DNA of 64,000 bases from Lachnospiraceae bacterium (GCA_015057425.1 SVEL01000011.1:5518-69517), one strand, 5' to 3'. Positions 20,453 to 31,186 are shown, counted from the stretch's first letter. Notes: generated by a model not told the origin, from the sequence alone. Numbers and translations are program-made.

Positions 20453-21280
20453 ATGGCAGAAAGAGATTGTAGCAGTACATCATGTACAAGAGAAAGTTGT
20501 GAAGGGTGTCCAAGTAAAAATGGAATTCCTAAGGAACCTTTAAATTCAATGAGTTCTATTAAAAAAGTTATAGGAGTTGTAAGCGGTAAGGGTGGCGTTG
20601 GTAAGTCTATGATTACATCATCGATAGCAGTGGCACTTGCCAATAAGGGATACAAGGTTGGTATTCTGGACGGAGACATTACAGGCCCATCAATACCTAA
20701 AATGTTTGGAATCACAGATAAGGCAACAGGTAACGAAAGTGGTATTTTTCCGGCAGAAGCAACAAATGGCATAAGAATAATGTCAGTTAACCTTCTTCTT
20801 GAGAACCCGGATGACCCTGTTATTTGGAGAGGCCCGGTAATCGGAGGCGTAGTAAAGCAGTTTTGGACAGATGTTATATGGGGAGAGCTTGACTATCTTC
20901 TTATAGATATGCCACCGGGAACAGGAGACGTACCACTTACGGTATTCCAGTCGATTCCGGTAGATGGCATCGTGATTGTAACTTCGCCACAGGATTTGGT
21001 TAACTTAATAGTTAAGAAAGCCTATAAAATGGCTGAAGCCATGAATATTCCGATTTTGGGTATCGTAGAAAACTACAGCTATCTTGAATGCCCGGATTGC
21101 GGTAAGAAGATTGAGCTGTTTGGAAAGAGCAATATAGATGAAGTTGCAAATGGGCTCGGACTTAAAGTTCTTGGTAAAGTTCCACTTATGCCGGCTATTG
21201 CGGAATTAGCTGATGGCGGCATATTCCACAAAATGGAAAGCGAACATATCGGACAGATTCTTGATAATATGGGCGCATAA
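20453..21280 (+). CDS. Mrp/NBP35/ApbC-family Fe-S cluster carrier ATPase
   Basis: 275 aa. Deviant Walker A SGKGGVGKS, Cys-rich N-terminus, CPDCG motif. Confidence 0.9.
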   Translation: MAERDCSSTSCTRESCEGCPSKNGIPKEPLNSMSSIKKVIGVVSGKGGVGKSMITSSIAVALANKGYKVGILDGDITGPSIPKMFGITDKATGNESGIFPAEATNGIRIMSVNLLLENPDDPVIWRGPVIGGVVKQFWTDVIWGELDYLLIDMPPGTGDVPLTVFQSIPVDGIVIVTSPQDLVNLIVKKAYKMAEAMNIPILGIVENYSYLECPDCGKKIELFGKSNIDEVANGLGLKVLGKVPLMPAIAELADGGIFHKMESEHIGQILDNMGA

Positions 21281-21314
21281 AACATTCTGAATAAAAAATA
21301 TAATGATATTAAAA

Positions 21315-21356
21315 AATGATCATTTGGTGAATATATGCCGGATGGTCATTTTTTTC
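21315..21356 (+). terminator. rho-independent terminator after the mrp-like gene
   Basis: The aatgatcatttgg / ccggatggtcatt stem (with G-U pairs) followed by a T run. Confidence 0.65.
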
Positions 21357-21369
21357 TTTTACAAATATC

Positions 21370-21398
21370 TTGAAATCTTTAAGCAGTTATGCTATATT
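21370..21398 (+). promoter_or_regulatory. putative promoter of the radical-SAM repair operon
   Basis: TTGAAA (21370-21375), 17 nt spacer, TATATT (21393-21398). Confidence 0.55.
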
Positions 21399-21403
21399 AA
21401 AAA

Positions 21404-21417
21404 CAAACATATGTTCG
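21404..21417 (+). promoter_or_regulatory. LexA (Cheo/SOS) box candidate
   Basis: CAAACATATGTTCG matches the Firmicutes consensus CGAACnnnnGTTCG at 13 of 14 positions. It lies 5 nt downstream of the -10. Confidence 0.6.
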
Positions 21418-21442
21418 ATTAGATTTTTGGAGAAGTTAAGCG

Positions 21443-22792
21443 ATGAATAATACGATAATTAATGAAAAACTTAGTTTATCCCAGAAACTGGAGATATTGT
21501 CGGATGCAGCAAAATACGATGTTGCATGTACATCCAGCGGTGTAGAAAGAAAAGGAGACGGAAAGAATATGGGTAATTCTGCGGCATGCGGAATATGTCA
21601 TTCCTTTGCAGCTGACGGAAGATGCATTTCCCTACTAAAGATACTTATGTCCAATGAATGCATATATGACTGTAAGTACTGCGTTAACAGGTCTTCTAAT
21701 GACGTGGTTAGGGCGACATTTACACCTGATGAGATATGTAAGCTTACATACGAGTTTTATAGAAGGAATTATATAGAAGGATTGTTTTTGAGTTCGGGTA
21801 TCATTGATTCGCCTGATAACACCATGAAACTTTTGTATGAGACATTATATAAACTCAGAAATGTATATAAGTTTAACGGATACATTCATGTTAAAGGAAT
21901 TCCCGGGGCCGATCCTGTGCTGGTAGAGATGATAGGTTATCTTGCTGACAGAATGAGTATAAATTTAGAATTACCTACAGGGGACGGCCTTAAAAAATTA
22001 GCGCCACATAAGAATAGAAAAAATATTCTTACACCTATGAAAAACATCCAATACGGTATATCAACAGGTAGGGGGATTCTTGGTATAGAAGATAAGTACA
22101 AACGAATAGATGAAGTTGCCGTAAAAGATACGGATATTGTGGGAGTGAAGAGAGCGGGCAGATATTTTGTGCCGGCAGGTCAAAGTACACAGATGATAAT
22201 AGGTGCAACAGATGAAAGTGATTATCATATTGTAACTATTGCAGAAAACTTATATAAAAAGTTTGATTTAAAGAGAGTTTTTTATTCGGGATATGTTCCG
22301 ATTAATGAAGATAAGGATTTACCGGCATTGGGTACACCGGTTCCGCTTCTGCGGGAACATCGTCTGTACCAGGCAGACTGGCTTTTAAGATTTTATGATT
22401 TTTCGGCAGGAGAATTATTATCTGAAAATCACCCCAACCTTAATACCGACATAGACCCTAAATGTGACTGGGCAGTTAATCATCTGGAGGAATTTCCTAT
22501 GGAGATAAACTATGTAAGTTATCAAAAATTACTTAGAATTCCCGGAATCGGTGTAAAAAGTGCAAGAAGAATTGTTTCTGCAAGAAGATATGGCAGGCTT
22601 GATTTTGAAGATTTGAAGAAAATGGGAGTTGTCTTGAAGAGAGCGGTATATTTTATAACATGCAACGGCAGGATGATGTACAACACCAGAATGGAAACTG
22701 ATTATATAACAAGACAGCTTACGTACAGTGATAAGGAATCTATGAAAGCGGGAACGGATATATATGTTCAGATGCAACTACCGATATATTGA
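21443..22792 (+). CDS. putative DNA modification/repair radical SAM protein (TIGR03916-like)
   Basis: 449 aa. CxxxCxxC motif (CIYDCKYC) and a C-terminal helix-hairpin-helix (LLRIPGIGVKSARRI). Confidence 0.88.
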   Translation: MNNTIINEKLSLSQKLEILSDAAKYDVACTSSGVERKGDGKNMGNSAACGICHSFAADGRCISLLKILMSNECIYDCKYCVNRSSNDVVRATFTPDEICKLTYEFYRRNYIEGLFLSSGIIDSPDNTMKLLYETLYKLRNVYKFNGYIHVKGIPGADPVLVEMIGYLADRMSINLELPTGDGLKKLAPHKNRKNILTPMKNIQYGISTGRGILGIEDKYKRIDEVAVKDTDIVGVKRAGRYFVPAGQSTQMIIGATDESDYHIVTIAENLYKKFDLKRVFYSGYVPINEDKDLPALGTPVPLLREHRLYQADWLLRFYDFSAGELLSENHPNLNTDIDPKCDWAVNHLEEFPMEINYVSYQKLLRIPGIGVKSARRIVSARRYGRLDFEDLKKMGVVLKRAVYFITCNGRMMYNTRMETDYITRQLTYSDKESMKAGTDIYVQMQLPIY

Positions 22793-22817
22793 TATGGAAC
22801 AGATGAGGATGACCAGG

Positions 22818-23609
22818 ATGGAAAAACATGTTTTTATTTGTAAAGATGATATAGAAAATATGCTGACTGCTGTTTTTGACGCATTTTCATATCGGAATAA
22901 GATGAACACAGATGATATAGGAATAATTGTTTCTGATGATGGCATTATTGAAAGAGAAATGTTTTGTGATTATGAAAACGTGGAAACTGATATAAATAAA
23001 GCATTATCAACTGTGGATAATATAAGAAACAGGCTTGGCGAATATGTGTATGACCAAAGCATTAAAATATTATGCCATTATGATACAGAACGGGTATATA
23101 CATTATTTAAATTTCTTGAAATATGCTTTAAAAAAGGTGGTAATGCTATTTATAAACTCAAAAATCCGTATATTATGCGGGCGATGGAGTTGGCAAGAAA
23201 AACTCAAAATGAAACCCATCTGTATCTTGGGGTGACAAGATTTCAAGAGACATATGGAATATTATGTGCTACAATAGAACCTAAGTGTAATGCTATTCCT
23301 ATAATCACAGGACATTTTGCTGACAGATACCCGGGCGAAAACTGGATTATATATGATAAGACCAGAAATGTTATGGCAGTGCATAGAGCATTGGGAAGTG
23401 TGGAACTTATAAAAGGTTCACCGGAATTTCTGATTGATTCAAAAGGCTTTGAAGTGGGGCACCATGATGAATATGTGGATTTGTGGCAGGTGTTTTTTGA
23501 ATCAATTGCTATTGATGAGAGGTATAATCCTAAGTGCCAGAATAATTTGCTGCCTTTATGGATGAGAAAGCATATGACTGAATTTACGGACAAAAGGGTA
23601 CAACAGTAG
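22818..23609 (+). CDS. TIGR03915-like putative DNA repair protein (DUF4130-type partner of the radical SAM protein)
   Basis: The start is uncertain (ATGs at 22794, 22803, 22809 and 22818). It lies immediately downstream of the radical SAM gene, which is the known obligate pairing. Confidence 0.75.
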   Translation: MEKHVFICKDDIENMLTAVFDAFSYRNKMNTDDIGIIVSDDGIIEREMFCDYENVETDINKALSTVDNIRNRLGEYVYDQSIKILCHYDTERVYTLFKFLEICFKKGGNAIYKLKNPYIMRAMELARKTQNETHLYLGVTRFQETYGILCATIEPKCNAIPIITGHFADRYPGENWIIYDKTRNVMAVHRALGSVELIKGSPEFLIDSKGFEVGHHDEYVDLWQVFFESIAIDERYNPKCQNNLLPLWMRKHMTEFTDKRVQQ

Positions 23610-23617
23610 GGAAGAAA

Positions 23618-25981
23618 ATGGAATTTTTCAAAGATAGTGTTCTTCGTATATCAGTAAGAAATCTTGTTGAATTTATACTGCGTTCCGGAGATATAGATAA
23701 CAGAACATTTGGACATATGGATACTGATGCAATGCTCGAAGGCAGTAAAATCCACAGAAAGATTCAAAAGTCTATGGGATTGGGATACAATGCTGAAGTA
23801 TCGCTTAAGACAGAAGTTTATTATAATGATTTTAAAGTTATAATTGAAGGACGCGCCGATGGTATTTTTAACAGTGATACGGGAATGACCGTTATTGATG
23901 AGATAAAGGGAACTTATAAAGATATATCTTATATGAATGAGCCTGTGTATGTACATAAAGCACAGGCTATGTGTTATGGGTATATGTATGGTGTTGATAA
24001 AGAAATTGACAATATACGTATCAGAATGACATATGTGAATCTTGACACGGAAGAAGTGAGATATTTCGAAGAAGAGATGACATTTGAATATGTAAAAGAC
24101 TGGTTTATGAATGTTGTTTCCGAGTATATGAAGTGGGCTGAATTTATGTATTCGAATAATACGTTGACACAAAAGACGGCATCCGAATTACAGTTTCCTT
24201 TTGAATACAGAGATGGTCAGAGAGATATTGTAGCTGCTGTGTACAACAGCATAAGCAGGAAAAAGAATCTGTACATACAGGCGCCAACCGGTGTAGGTAA
24301 GACTATGTCAGTAATCTTTCCGTCTGTAAAGGCTATGGGTGAAAAGAAAGCAGACAAGATTTTTTATATAACTGCAAAGACAATTACCGGAACGGTTGCC
24401 ATGCAGGCATACAGGATATTGCGTGATAATGGTCTTCATTTTAGAAATATTATGATTACCGCTAAAGAAAAGATATGTGCAATGGAAGAAGTCAAATGTA
24501 ATCCTGAATATTGCCCGAGAGCCAAGGGACATTATGATAGGATAAATGATGCAGTGTTTGATCTTATTAACAATGAATACGACATTACAAGAGAAGTGAT
24601 TATGCAGTATGCAGAGAAGCATCAGGTTTGTCCTTTTGAAATGTCTCTTGACGTAAGCAATTGGGTAAATGGAATTATCTGCGACTATAATTATGTTTTT
24701 GATCCTCATGTATGCCTTAAAAGATATTTTTCTGAAGGCGGACAGGGTGAGTATGTCGTATTGACCGATGAGGCACACAATCTGGTTGACAGGGCAAGGG
24801 AAATGTACAGTTGCGTCCTTGTTAAAGAAGATATAATGGAAGTGAAAAAGCTTGTAAAAGATGTTGATTCAAGATTGGCATCAGCACTTGATAAATGTAA
24901 TAAAGCTATGCTAAGCCTTAAAAGGCAAAGCGAAGGCTGTACAATAGTTGACAGTTTGGATGAACTGGCTATGACGCTTGGAAGAACTGATTCGCGATTT
25001 ATGAGCTTTTTTGAAAAGCATAACAAATTTTCCGAACGTGAAAAAGTAAAAGATTTGTATTTTAATATAAAGAACTTTCTTGAAGTGTATGACTGCATGG
25101 ATGAAAAGTACAGAATATATATGATGATAGATGATAAAGGGGACTTTTTTGTTAAACTTTTATGTGTTAATCCTTCGTCAAGGATAAGAGAATGTACTGA
25201 CAGAGTCGTCAATACCACTTTTTTCTCAGCAACTCTTCTGCCGGTAAATTATTATAAGGAATTATTTACAGGTGATATAGAAGATTATGCTATATATGTT
25301 AATTCACCTTTTGAACAGGAGAAGAGACTGCTTCTGGCAGCAAAGGATGTAAGCAGCAAATATACCAGGCGAGGGCCGGAAGAATATATGAAGATTTATA
25401 ATTACATAGATACCATAGTGAGTATGCAAAAGGGAAATTATATGGTGTTTTTTCCATCATATAAATTGATGGAAGCTGTGTATGATGTGGCATATACAAA
25501 TGGTTTTGAAAAACGGACCAAGTGTATAGTACAGCATTCTAATATGAATGAAAGCGAAAGAGAAGAGTTTTTGCAGACTTTTGATGAAACCTATGACGAA
25601 CCGTTAGTGGGCTTTTGCGTTATGGGCGGAATATTTTCTGAAGGAATTGATTTGACAAATGATAAGCTTATTGGCACTATTATAATAGGTACGGGATTGC
25701 CACAGATAGGTAATGAAAAAGATATTATCAAAAATTATTTTGATGATGTAGGTAAAAATGGTTTTGATTATGCTTACAGATATCCCGGAATGAATAAGGT
25801 AATGCAGGCTGCCGGCAGGGTTATCAGAACCAAGGATGATGTGGGAGTAATTGCTCTCCTTGATGACAGATTTTCTCAAAGCGGATATAGAATGCTGTTT
25901 CCGAGAGAATGGGATGATTGCAGATACATTACGCTTGATGAGCTTGGACATCAGGTAAAAGATTTTTGGCGGAGATTATAG
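23618..25981 (+). CDS. XPD/DinG-family ATP-dependent DNA helicase with N-terminal RecB/Cas4-like PD-(D/E)XK nuclease domain
   Basis: 787 aa. Nuclease motifs IDEIK and QAMCY. Walker A APTGVGKT, DEAH box, and a Cys cluster (CAMEEVKCNPEYC...C) consistent with an Fe-S domain. Confidence 0.85.
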   Translation: MEFFKDSVLRISVRNLVEFILRSGDIDNRTFGHMDTDAMLEGSKIHRKIQKSMGLGYNAEVSLKTEVYYNDFKVIIEGRADGIFNSDTGMTVIDEIKGTYKDISYMNEPVYVHKAQAMCYGYMYGVDKEIDNIRIRMTYVNLDTEEVRYFEEEMTFEYVKDWFMNVVSEYMKWAEFMYSNNTLTQKTASELQFPFEYRDGQRDIVAAVYNSISRKKNLYIQAPTGVGKTMSVIFPSVKAMGEKKADKIFYITAKTITGTVAMQAYRILRDNGLHFRNIMITAKEKICAMEEVKCNPEYCPRAKGHYDRINDAVFDLINNEYDITREVIMQYAEKHQVCPFEMSLDVSNWVNGIICDYNYVFDPHVCLKRYFSEGGQGEYVVLTDEAHNLVDRAREMYSCVLVKEDIMEVKKLVKDVDSRLASALDKCNKAMLSLKRQSEGCTIVDSLDELAMTLGRTDSRFMSFFEKHNKFSEREKVKDLYFNIKNFLEVYDCMDEKYRIYMMIDDKGDFFVKLLCVNPSSRIRECTDRVVNTTFFSATLLPVNYYKELFTGDIEDYAIYVNSPFEQEKRLLLAAKDVSSKYTRRGPEEYMKIYNYIDTIVSMQKGNYMVFFPSYKLMEAVYDVAYTNGFEKRTKCIVQHSNMNESEREEFLQTFDETYDEPLVGFCVMGGIFSEGIDLTNDKLIGTIIIGTGLPQIGNEKDIIKNYFDDVGKNGFDYAYRYPGMNKVMQAAGRVIRTKDDVGVIALLDDRFSQSGYRMLFPREWDDCRYITLDELGHQVKDFWRRL

Positions 25982-25996
25982 AAGAGAGGAAAATTT

Positions 25997-26746
25997 ATGA
26001 TGAAGTACGTTAAATGGATAGTTGCGTTTGTGTTTGCAATTTCGCTGATACCGGTTGTTATGATAACGGCAGTAGAAATTGCTGTGTATGCAGATTATGG
26101 ATATTTTGAGAAAGAATATATTAAATACGATGTCAATGCAGAAGGTTCCATAGTAGATATGGAAATGGATGAGTTGATGGAAGTAACAAAAGAAATGATG
26201 AGTTATCTGCGTGGAAACAGAAAAGATTTGGTGGTTTACGCAATCATAGACGGTGAAGAAACGGAATTTTTTAATGATATTGAAAAGTTTCATATGAATG
26301 ATGTGAGAAACTTGTTTGTTGCGGCTCTTTATATAAGAAGAATTTGTTTGTTTTTTATGCTGTCAACGGCATCGGTGCTGTTTATGCTCAATGCAGGTGT
26401 ATTGAAGACGTTATCAAAAATGGTTATTTGGGTAATGGGAATATTTGATATAACATTTGTAACGCTTATAGGACTTATAAGCCTTAATTTTAACAGAGCA
26501 TTTACTATATTTCATGAAATATTATTTACTAATGATATGTGGCTGCTTGACCCGGATACGGACAGATTAATTAACATTGTTCCCGAAGGATTTTTTGTAG
26601 ATACGGCAATCAGAATAGCAGTTATTTATTTTTTAATAAATTTTATAATTTTTAGTATAGCCTTTTTAATATTATGTGGTAAAATAAAATGGATTAAACG
26701 CAAAAATACATTAACACAAGACGGAGGTACCTATGAGCAAGGTTAA
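25997..26746 (+). CDS. TIGR01906/DUF1461-family integral membrane protein (Lit-like)
   Basis: 249 aa, multiple TM helices, motif NDMWLLDPDTDRLINIVPEGFF. The family assignment is from memory. Confidence 0.6.
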   Translation: MMKYVKWIVAFVFAISLIPVVMITAVEIAVYADYGYFEKEYIKYDVNAEGSIVDMEMDELMEVTKEMMSYLRGNRKDLVVYAIIDGEETEFFNDIEKFHMNDVRNLFVAALYIRRICLFFMLSTASVLFMLNAGVLKTLSKMVIWVMGIFDITFVTLIGLISLNFNRAFTIFHEILFTNDMWLLDPDTDRLINIVPEGFFVDTAIRIAVIYFLINFIIFSIAFLILCGKIKWIKRKNTLTQDGGTYEQG

Positions 26747-29700
26747 GAGAGTATACGTTGAAAAGAAAGCGCCTTATGCAGTAAAAGCTAAAGAACTTTT
26801 TGAAGAAATCGGAAGTTATCTTGGCATTAAGACTGTAACAGGGGTAAGAGAACTTGTAAGGTATGATGTGGAAAATATTTCGGAAGATACATATGTGAAA
26901 GCATTGGTTACAGTATTTTCTGAACCACCGGTAGATAACCTTTACGAAGAAGAATTTCCATACAATGCAGATGCTGACAGAGTATTTAGTGTAGAATTTC
27001 TTCCGGGACAGTTCGACCAGAGAGCAGATTCAGCAGAACAATGTATTAAGTTTTTAAAAGAAGATGAAGAGCCTGTTATTAAAACAGCTATTACATATGT
27101 TATAGAAGGAACAGTTACAGATGAACAGTTTGCAAGTATTAAAGCATTCTGCATCAACCCTGTAGATTCAAGAGAGACAGGACTTGTTAAACCGGATACA
27201 CTCGTAACTGTATTTGATGAACCGGCAGATGTAATTATATTTGACGGATTTATTGATATGGATGACGACAAGTTAAAGGAATTATACGCATCACTTAATC
27301 TTGCCATGACATTTAAGGATTTCAAGTTTATCCAGACATATTTTGCAGGTGAAGAAAAGAGAAATCCATCTATGACAGAAATCAGGGTTCTTGACACATA
27401 TTGGTCAGACCACTGCCGTCATACAACATTCTCGACAGAACTTAAGGATGTTGCGTTTGATGATGGATATTACAATGAACCTATCGTTGCTACATATAAC
27501 CAGTATATAGCAGACAGAAATGATATATTTGCAGGAAGAAAGGACAAGTTTGTTTGTCTTATGGACCTTGCACTTATGGCTATGCGTAAGCTTAAGAAAG
27601 AAGGTAAGCTTGCAGACCAGGAAGAATCAGAAGAAATCAATGCATGTAGTATTGTGGTTCCTGTTGAAGTTGAAAGAGACGGCAAGGTAGAAACAGAAGA
27701 ATGGCTTGTAAACTTCAAAAATGAAACACACAACCATCCTACAGAAATCGAACCATTCGGTGGTGCTGCTACATGTCTTGGCGGTGCTATCAGAGATCCG
27801 TTGTCAGGACGTACATATGTATATCAGGCAATGCGTGTTACAGGTGCAGCAGACCCTACAGTATCAGTTAAAGACACCATGAAAGGTAAACTTCCACAGA
27901 AGAAGCTTGTACGTGGTGCAGCTAACGGATACAGCTCATATGGTAACCAGATTGGTCTTGCTACAGGTCTTGTTAAAGAAATATATCATCCAAACTATGT
28001 AGCTAAGAGAATGGAAATCGGTGCGGTTATGGGTGCGGCTCCAAGAAGAGCAGTTATCCGTGAAACATCAGATCCGGGCGATATCATTATCCTTTTAGGA
28101 GGAAGAACAGGACGTGACGGTTGTGGTGGTGCAACAGGTTCATCTAAGGTTCATACAGAAGCATCTATCGAAACATGCGGTGCAGAAGTACAGAAGGGTA
28201 ACGCACCTACAGAAAGAAAGATTCAGAGATTATTCAGAAGAGAAGAAGTAAGTAAATTAATTAAGAAGTGTAACGACTTTGGTGCCGGCGGTGTATCAGT
28301 TGCTATCGGTGAACTTGCACCGGGTCTTGACATTAATCTTGATAAAGTACCTAAGAAATACGCAGGTCTTGACGGAACAGAAATCTCTATTTCAGAGTCA
28401 CAGGAAAGAATGGCTGTTGTTGTAGACCCTAAGGATGTTGCACAGTTCCTTAAGTATGCAGCAGAAGAAAATCTTGAAGCTATAGAAGTGGCTGTTGTTA
28501 AAGAAGACCCAAGACTTACACTCGTATGGAGAGGTAAGACTATCGTTGATATTTCAAGAGCATTTCTTGATACAAACGGTGCTCATCAGGAGACAAATGT
28601 TGCAGTAGATATGCCTGTTAAGGAAGATAACTACTTTAACGAAAAGAAGGTTGAAAATGTAGAAGAAAAGTGGATGTCAACACTTGCTGACCTTAATGTA
28701 TGCTCGCAGAAGGGTCTTGTTGAAATGTTTGACGGTTCTATCGGTGCAGGTTCAGTATTTATGCCACACGGCGGAAGATATCAGCTTACAGAGACACAGG
28801 CTATGGTAGCTAAACTTCCTGTACTTGACGGAAAGAGCGATACAGTAACTATGATGAGTTATGGATTTGATCCATATCTTTCAACATGGAGTCCGTACCA
28901 TGGAGCTATATATGCAGTTGTAGAATCGGTTGCTAAGATAGTTGCAAACGGTGGTGAATATAAGAAGATTAGATTTACATTCCAGGAATATTTCAGAAGA
29001 ATGACAGAGGATCCAAAGCGTTGGAGCCAGCCATTTACAGCACTTCTTGGTGCTTATGATGCGCAGCTTGGTTTCGGACTTCCATCAATCGGTGGTAAGG
29101 ACAGTATGTCAGGTACATTCAATGATATAGATGTTCCGCCTACACTTGTTTCATTTGCAGTAGATGTTGCAAAAGAAAAAGATGTTATCACACCTGAACT
29201 TAAGAAAGCAGGAAACAGCTTAGTAGTCTTTAAGATAGAGAAAGACCGGTATGATAAGCCTGTATATGCTCAGGTTATGAAGTTATACGATATGATTCAC
29301 GAACTTATTCAGAAGAAGGCTATCGTGTCAGCATACTCTATTGATTCAAAGGGTATTGCGGCAGCTGTAAGTAAGATGGCATTTGGTAATAAGTTTGGTG
29401 TAAATATTTCTGCAGATGTAAAAGCTGAAGATTTATTTGCAGTAGGCTTTGGTAATATCGTGGCAGAAGTTGCAGCAGAACAGTTGGATACACTTAAAGC
29501 TGTTATGTCAGGTATGGAAGATGCATATGCTGTAATAGGTAATGTGACAGATGAAAAAGCTATCACATACGGAAATATGAAGATAGAGTTAGACAAAGCA
29601 ATAGCTGCATGGGAAGCACCGCTTGAAAAAGTATTCCCTACAAAGGCTGTTAAAGATGGCAAAGCATTAGACACTCCTGTATATGATAAGGGACAGATTT

Positions 29701-30521
29701 ACATTTGCAAGAATAAAGTAGCTAAACCTACAGTATTTATACCTGTATTCCCGGGTACGAACTGTGAATATGACAGTGCAAGAGCATTCGAAAGAGCAGG
29801 TGCAAATGTAATTACAAAGATATTCAGAAATCTTGATGCAGAAAGTATCAGAGAATCAGTTCAGATATTTGAAGAAAGTATCAATCAGGCACAGATTATT
29901 ATGTTCCCTGGCGGATTCTCAGCAGGTGATGAACCTGATGGTTCAGCTAAATTCTTCGCTACAGCATTCAGAAATGAAAAGATGAAAGAAGCTGTACACA
30001 AGCTCTTAAATGAAAGAGATGGTCTTGCTCTTGGTATCTGTAATGGTTTCCAGGCACTTATAAAGCTTGGACTTGTGCCAAACGGTCAGATTACAGGTCA
30101 GGATGAAAATGCACCAACACTTACATTTAATACAATTAACAGACACGTATCTAAGATGGTATATACAAAGGTAGTTACAAACAAGTCTCCTTGGTTACAG
30201 CTTGCAGAACTCGGAAAGACATATGTTAACCCTGCTTCACACGGTGAAGGCAGATTTGTTGCAAATGAAGAGTGGTTAAAGAAACTCTTTGAAAATGGTC
30301 AGGTAGCTACACAGTACGTTGACGAATTTGGTAATCCTACAATGGATGAAGAATGGAACGTAAATGGTTCATATATGGCTATTGAAGGTATTACAAGTCC
30401 GGACGGACGCTGCTTTGGTAAGATGGCACATTCAGAAAGACGCGATCGTTCAGTTGCTATGAATATCTACGGAGATCAGGATCTTAAGATATTTGAATCA
30501 GGTGTTAAGTACTTTAGCTAA
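26733..30521 (+). CDS. purL: phosphoribosylformylglycinamidine synthase, single-chain form
   Basis: 1262 aa. FGAM synthetase core plus a C-terminal glutamine amidotransferase (GICNGFQ). Its start overlaps the upstream gene by 14 nt. Confidence 0.95.
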   Translation: MSKVKRVYVEKKAPYAVKAKELFEEIGSYLGIKTVTGVRELVRYDVENISEDTYVKALVTVFSEPPVDNLYEEEFPYNADADRVFSVEFLPGQFDQRADSAEQCIKFLKEDEEPVIKTAITYVIEGTVTDEQFASIKAFCINPVDSRETGLVKPDTLVTVFDEPADVIIFDGFIDMDDDKLKELYASLNLAMTFKDFKFIQTYFAGEEKRNPSMTEIRVLDTYWSDHCRHTTFSTELKDVAFDDGYYNEPIVATYNQYIADRNDIFAGRKDKFVCLMDLALMAMRKLKKEGKLADQEESEEINACSIVVPVEVERDGKVETEEWLVNFKNETHNHPTEIEPFGGAATCLGGAIRDPLSGRTYVYQAMRVTGAADPTVSVKDTMKGKLPQKKLVRGAANGYSSYGNQIGLATGLVKEIYHPNYVAKRMEIGAVMGAAPRRAVIRETSDPGDIIILLGGRTGRDGCGGATGSSKVHTEASIETCGAEVQKGNAPTERKIQRLFRREEVSKLIKKCNDFGAGGVSVAIGELAPGLDINLDKVPKKYAGLDGTEISISESQERMAVVVDPKDVAQFLKYAAEENLEAIEVAVVKEDPRLTLVWRGKTIVDISRAFLDTNGAHQETNVAVDMPVKEDNYFNEKKVENVEEKWMSTLADLNVCSQKGLVEMFDGSIGAGSVFMPHGGRYQLTETQAMVAKLPVLDGKSDTVTMMSYGFDPYLSTWSPYHGAIYAVVESVAKIVANGGEYKKIRFTFQEYFRRMTEDPKRWSQPFTALLGAYDAQLGFGLPSIGGKDSMSGTFNDIDVPPTLVSFAVDVAKEKDVITPELKKAGNSLVVFKIEKDRYDKPVYAQVMKLYDMIHELIQKKAIVSAYSIDSKGIAAAVSKMAFGNKFGVNISADVKAEDLFAVGFGNIVAEVAAEQLDTLKAVMSGMEDAYAVIGNVTDEKAITYGNMKIELDKAIAAWEAPLEKVFPTKAVKDGKALDTPVYDKGQIYICKNKVAKPTVFIPVFPGTNCEYDSARAFERAGANVITKIFRNLDAESIRESVQIFEESINQAQIIMFPGGFSAGDEPDGSAKFFATAFRNEKMKEAVHKLLNERDGLALGICNGFQALIKLGLVPNGQITGQDENAPTLTFNTINRHVSKMVYTKVVTNKSPWLQLAELGKTYVNPASHGEGRFVANEEWLKKLFENGQVATQYVDEFGNPTMDEEWNVNGSYMAIEGITSPDGRCFGKMAHSERRDRSVAMNIYGDQDLKIFESGVKYFS

Positions 30522-30555
30522 TGAAGACATTCCGACACATAAAGGGGGTAATGAT

Positions 30556-31068
30556 ATGGAGAAACATACAAAGAGACTGTATATAATCACTATAGCTAAT
30601 TTTATATTGTTTGTACTAATGCTGTTGTTCTGTTTCCAGAATAAAGAAATAGATGTAGATGGTCTGTGTATAGATTGTATTGGAGAAAGCGGAACAACAG
30701 ATATTCTGTTTATGGGATTTCTTATAAATATATTACAAGTTGTTTTTGCAGCGATAATGTGCATCTGCTTAAGATGGTTTAGGAAACCGGATGGCAATTT
30801 AGGAATAGCCGTTTTTAGTGTTATTAATATGATTCTTTCATTTTGGCAGGTATTTTGGTTCATTAGTTGTAGTGTTGATTTTGGTACCGGGCATGGAAGT
30901 CCGACGACAGCCCGTGGACAACTTATAGTAGATATGCTGGAAATCCAGGTGAGTACTGTAAAAGTGATGAATATAGTGATGATTATCGTAAATATCCTGT
31001 TACTTATATGTGTAAGAACGTGGTATGCGACAGAGAAGAAAAAACTCTATGAATACCTTAATAGCTAA
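30556..31068 (+). CDS. hypothetical membrane protein
   Basis: ATG 30556 follows a GGGGGTAATGAT RBS region. About 4 TM helices. Confidence 0.55.
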   Translation: MEKHTKRLYIITIANFILFVLMLLFCFQNKEIDVDGLCIDCIGESGTTDILFMGFLINILQVVFAAIMCICLRWFRKPDGNLGIAVFSVINMILSFWQVFWFISCSVDFGTGHGSPTTARGQLIVDMLEIQVSTVKVMNIVMIIVNILLLICVRTWYATEKKKLYEYLNS

Positions 31069-31102
31069 AGAATTTATATTTGAAATTTTTAAGTAATGTT
31101 AA

Positions 31103-31145
31103 AAATGCACCAAGATGATAAAACATTTTGGTGCATTTCTTTTTG
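31103..31145. terminator. bidirectional terminator
   Basis: The aaatgcaccaa / ttggtgcattt stem, then a T-rich run. Confidence 0.7.
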
Positions 31146-31186
31146 TAATTCAATATAAAATTTTATTTAAAAATCAGTTTGAAAAA

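Noticed and set aside
30493-30555. The ORF-track start at 30493, which overlaps the purL 3' end.
   Set aside because: The overlapped part has no RBS. ATG 30556 follows a G-rich RBS and immediately precedes the first TM helix.
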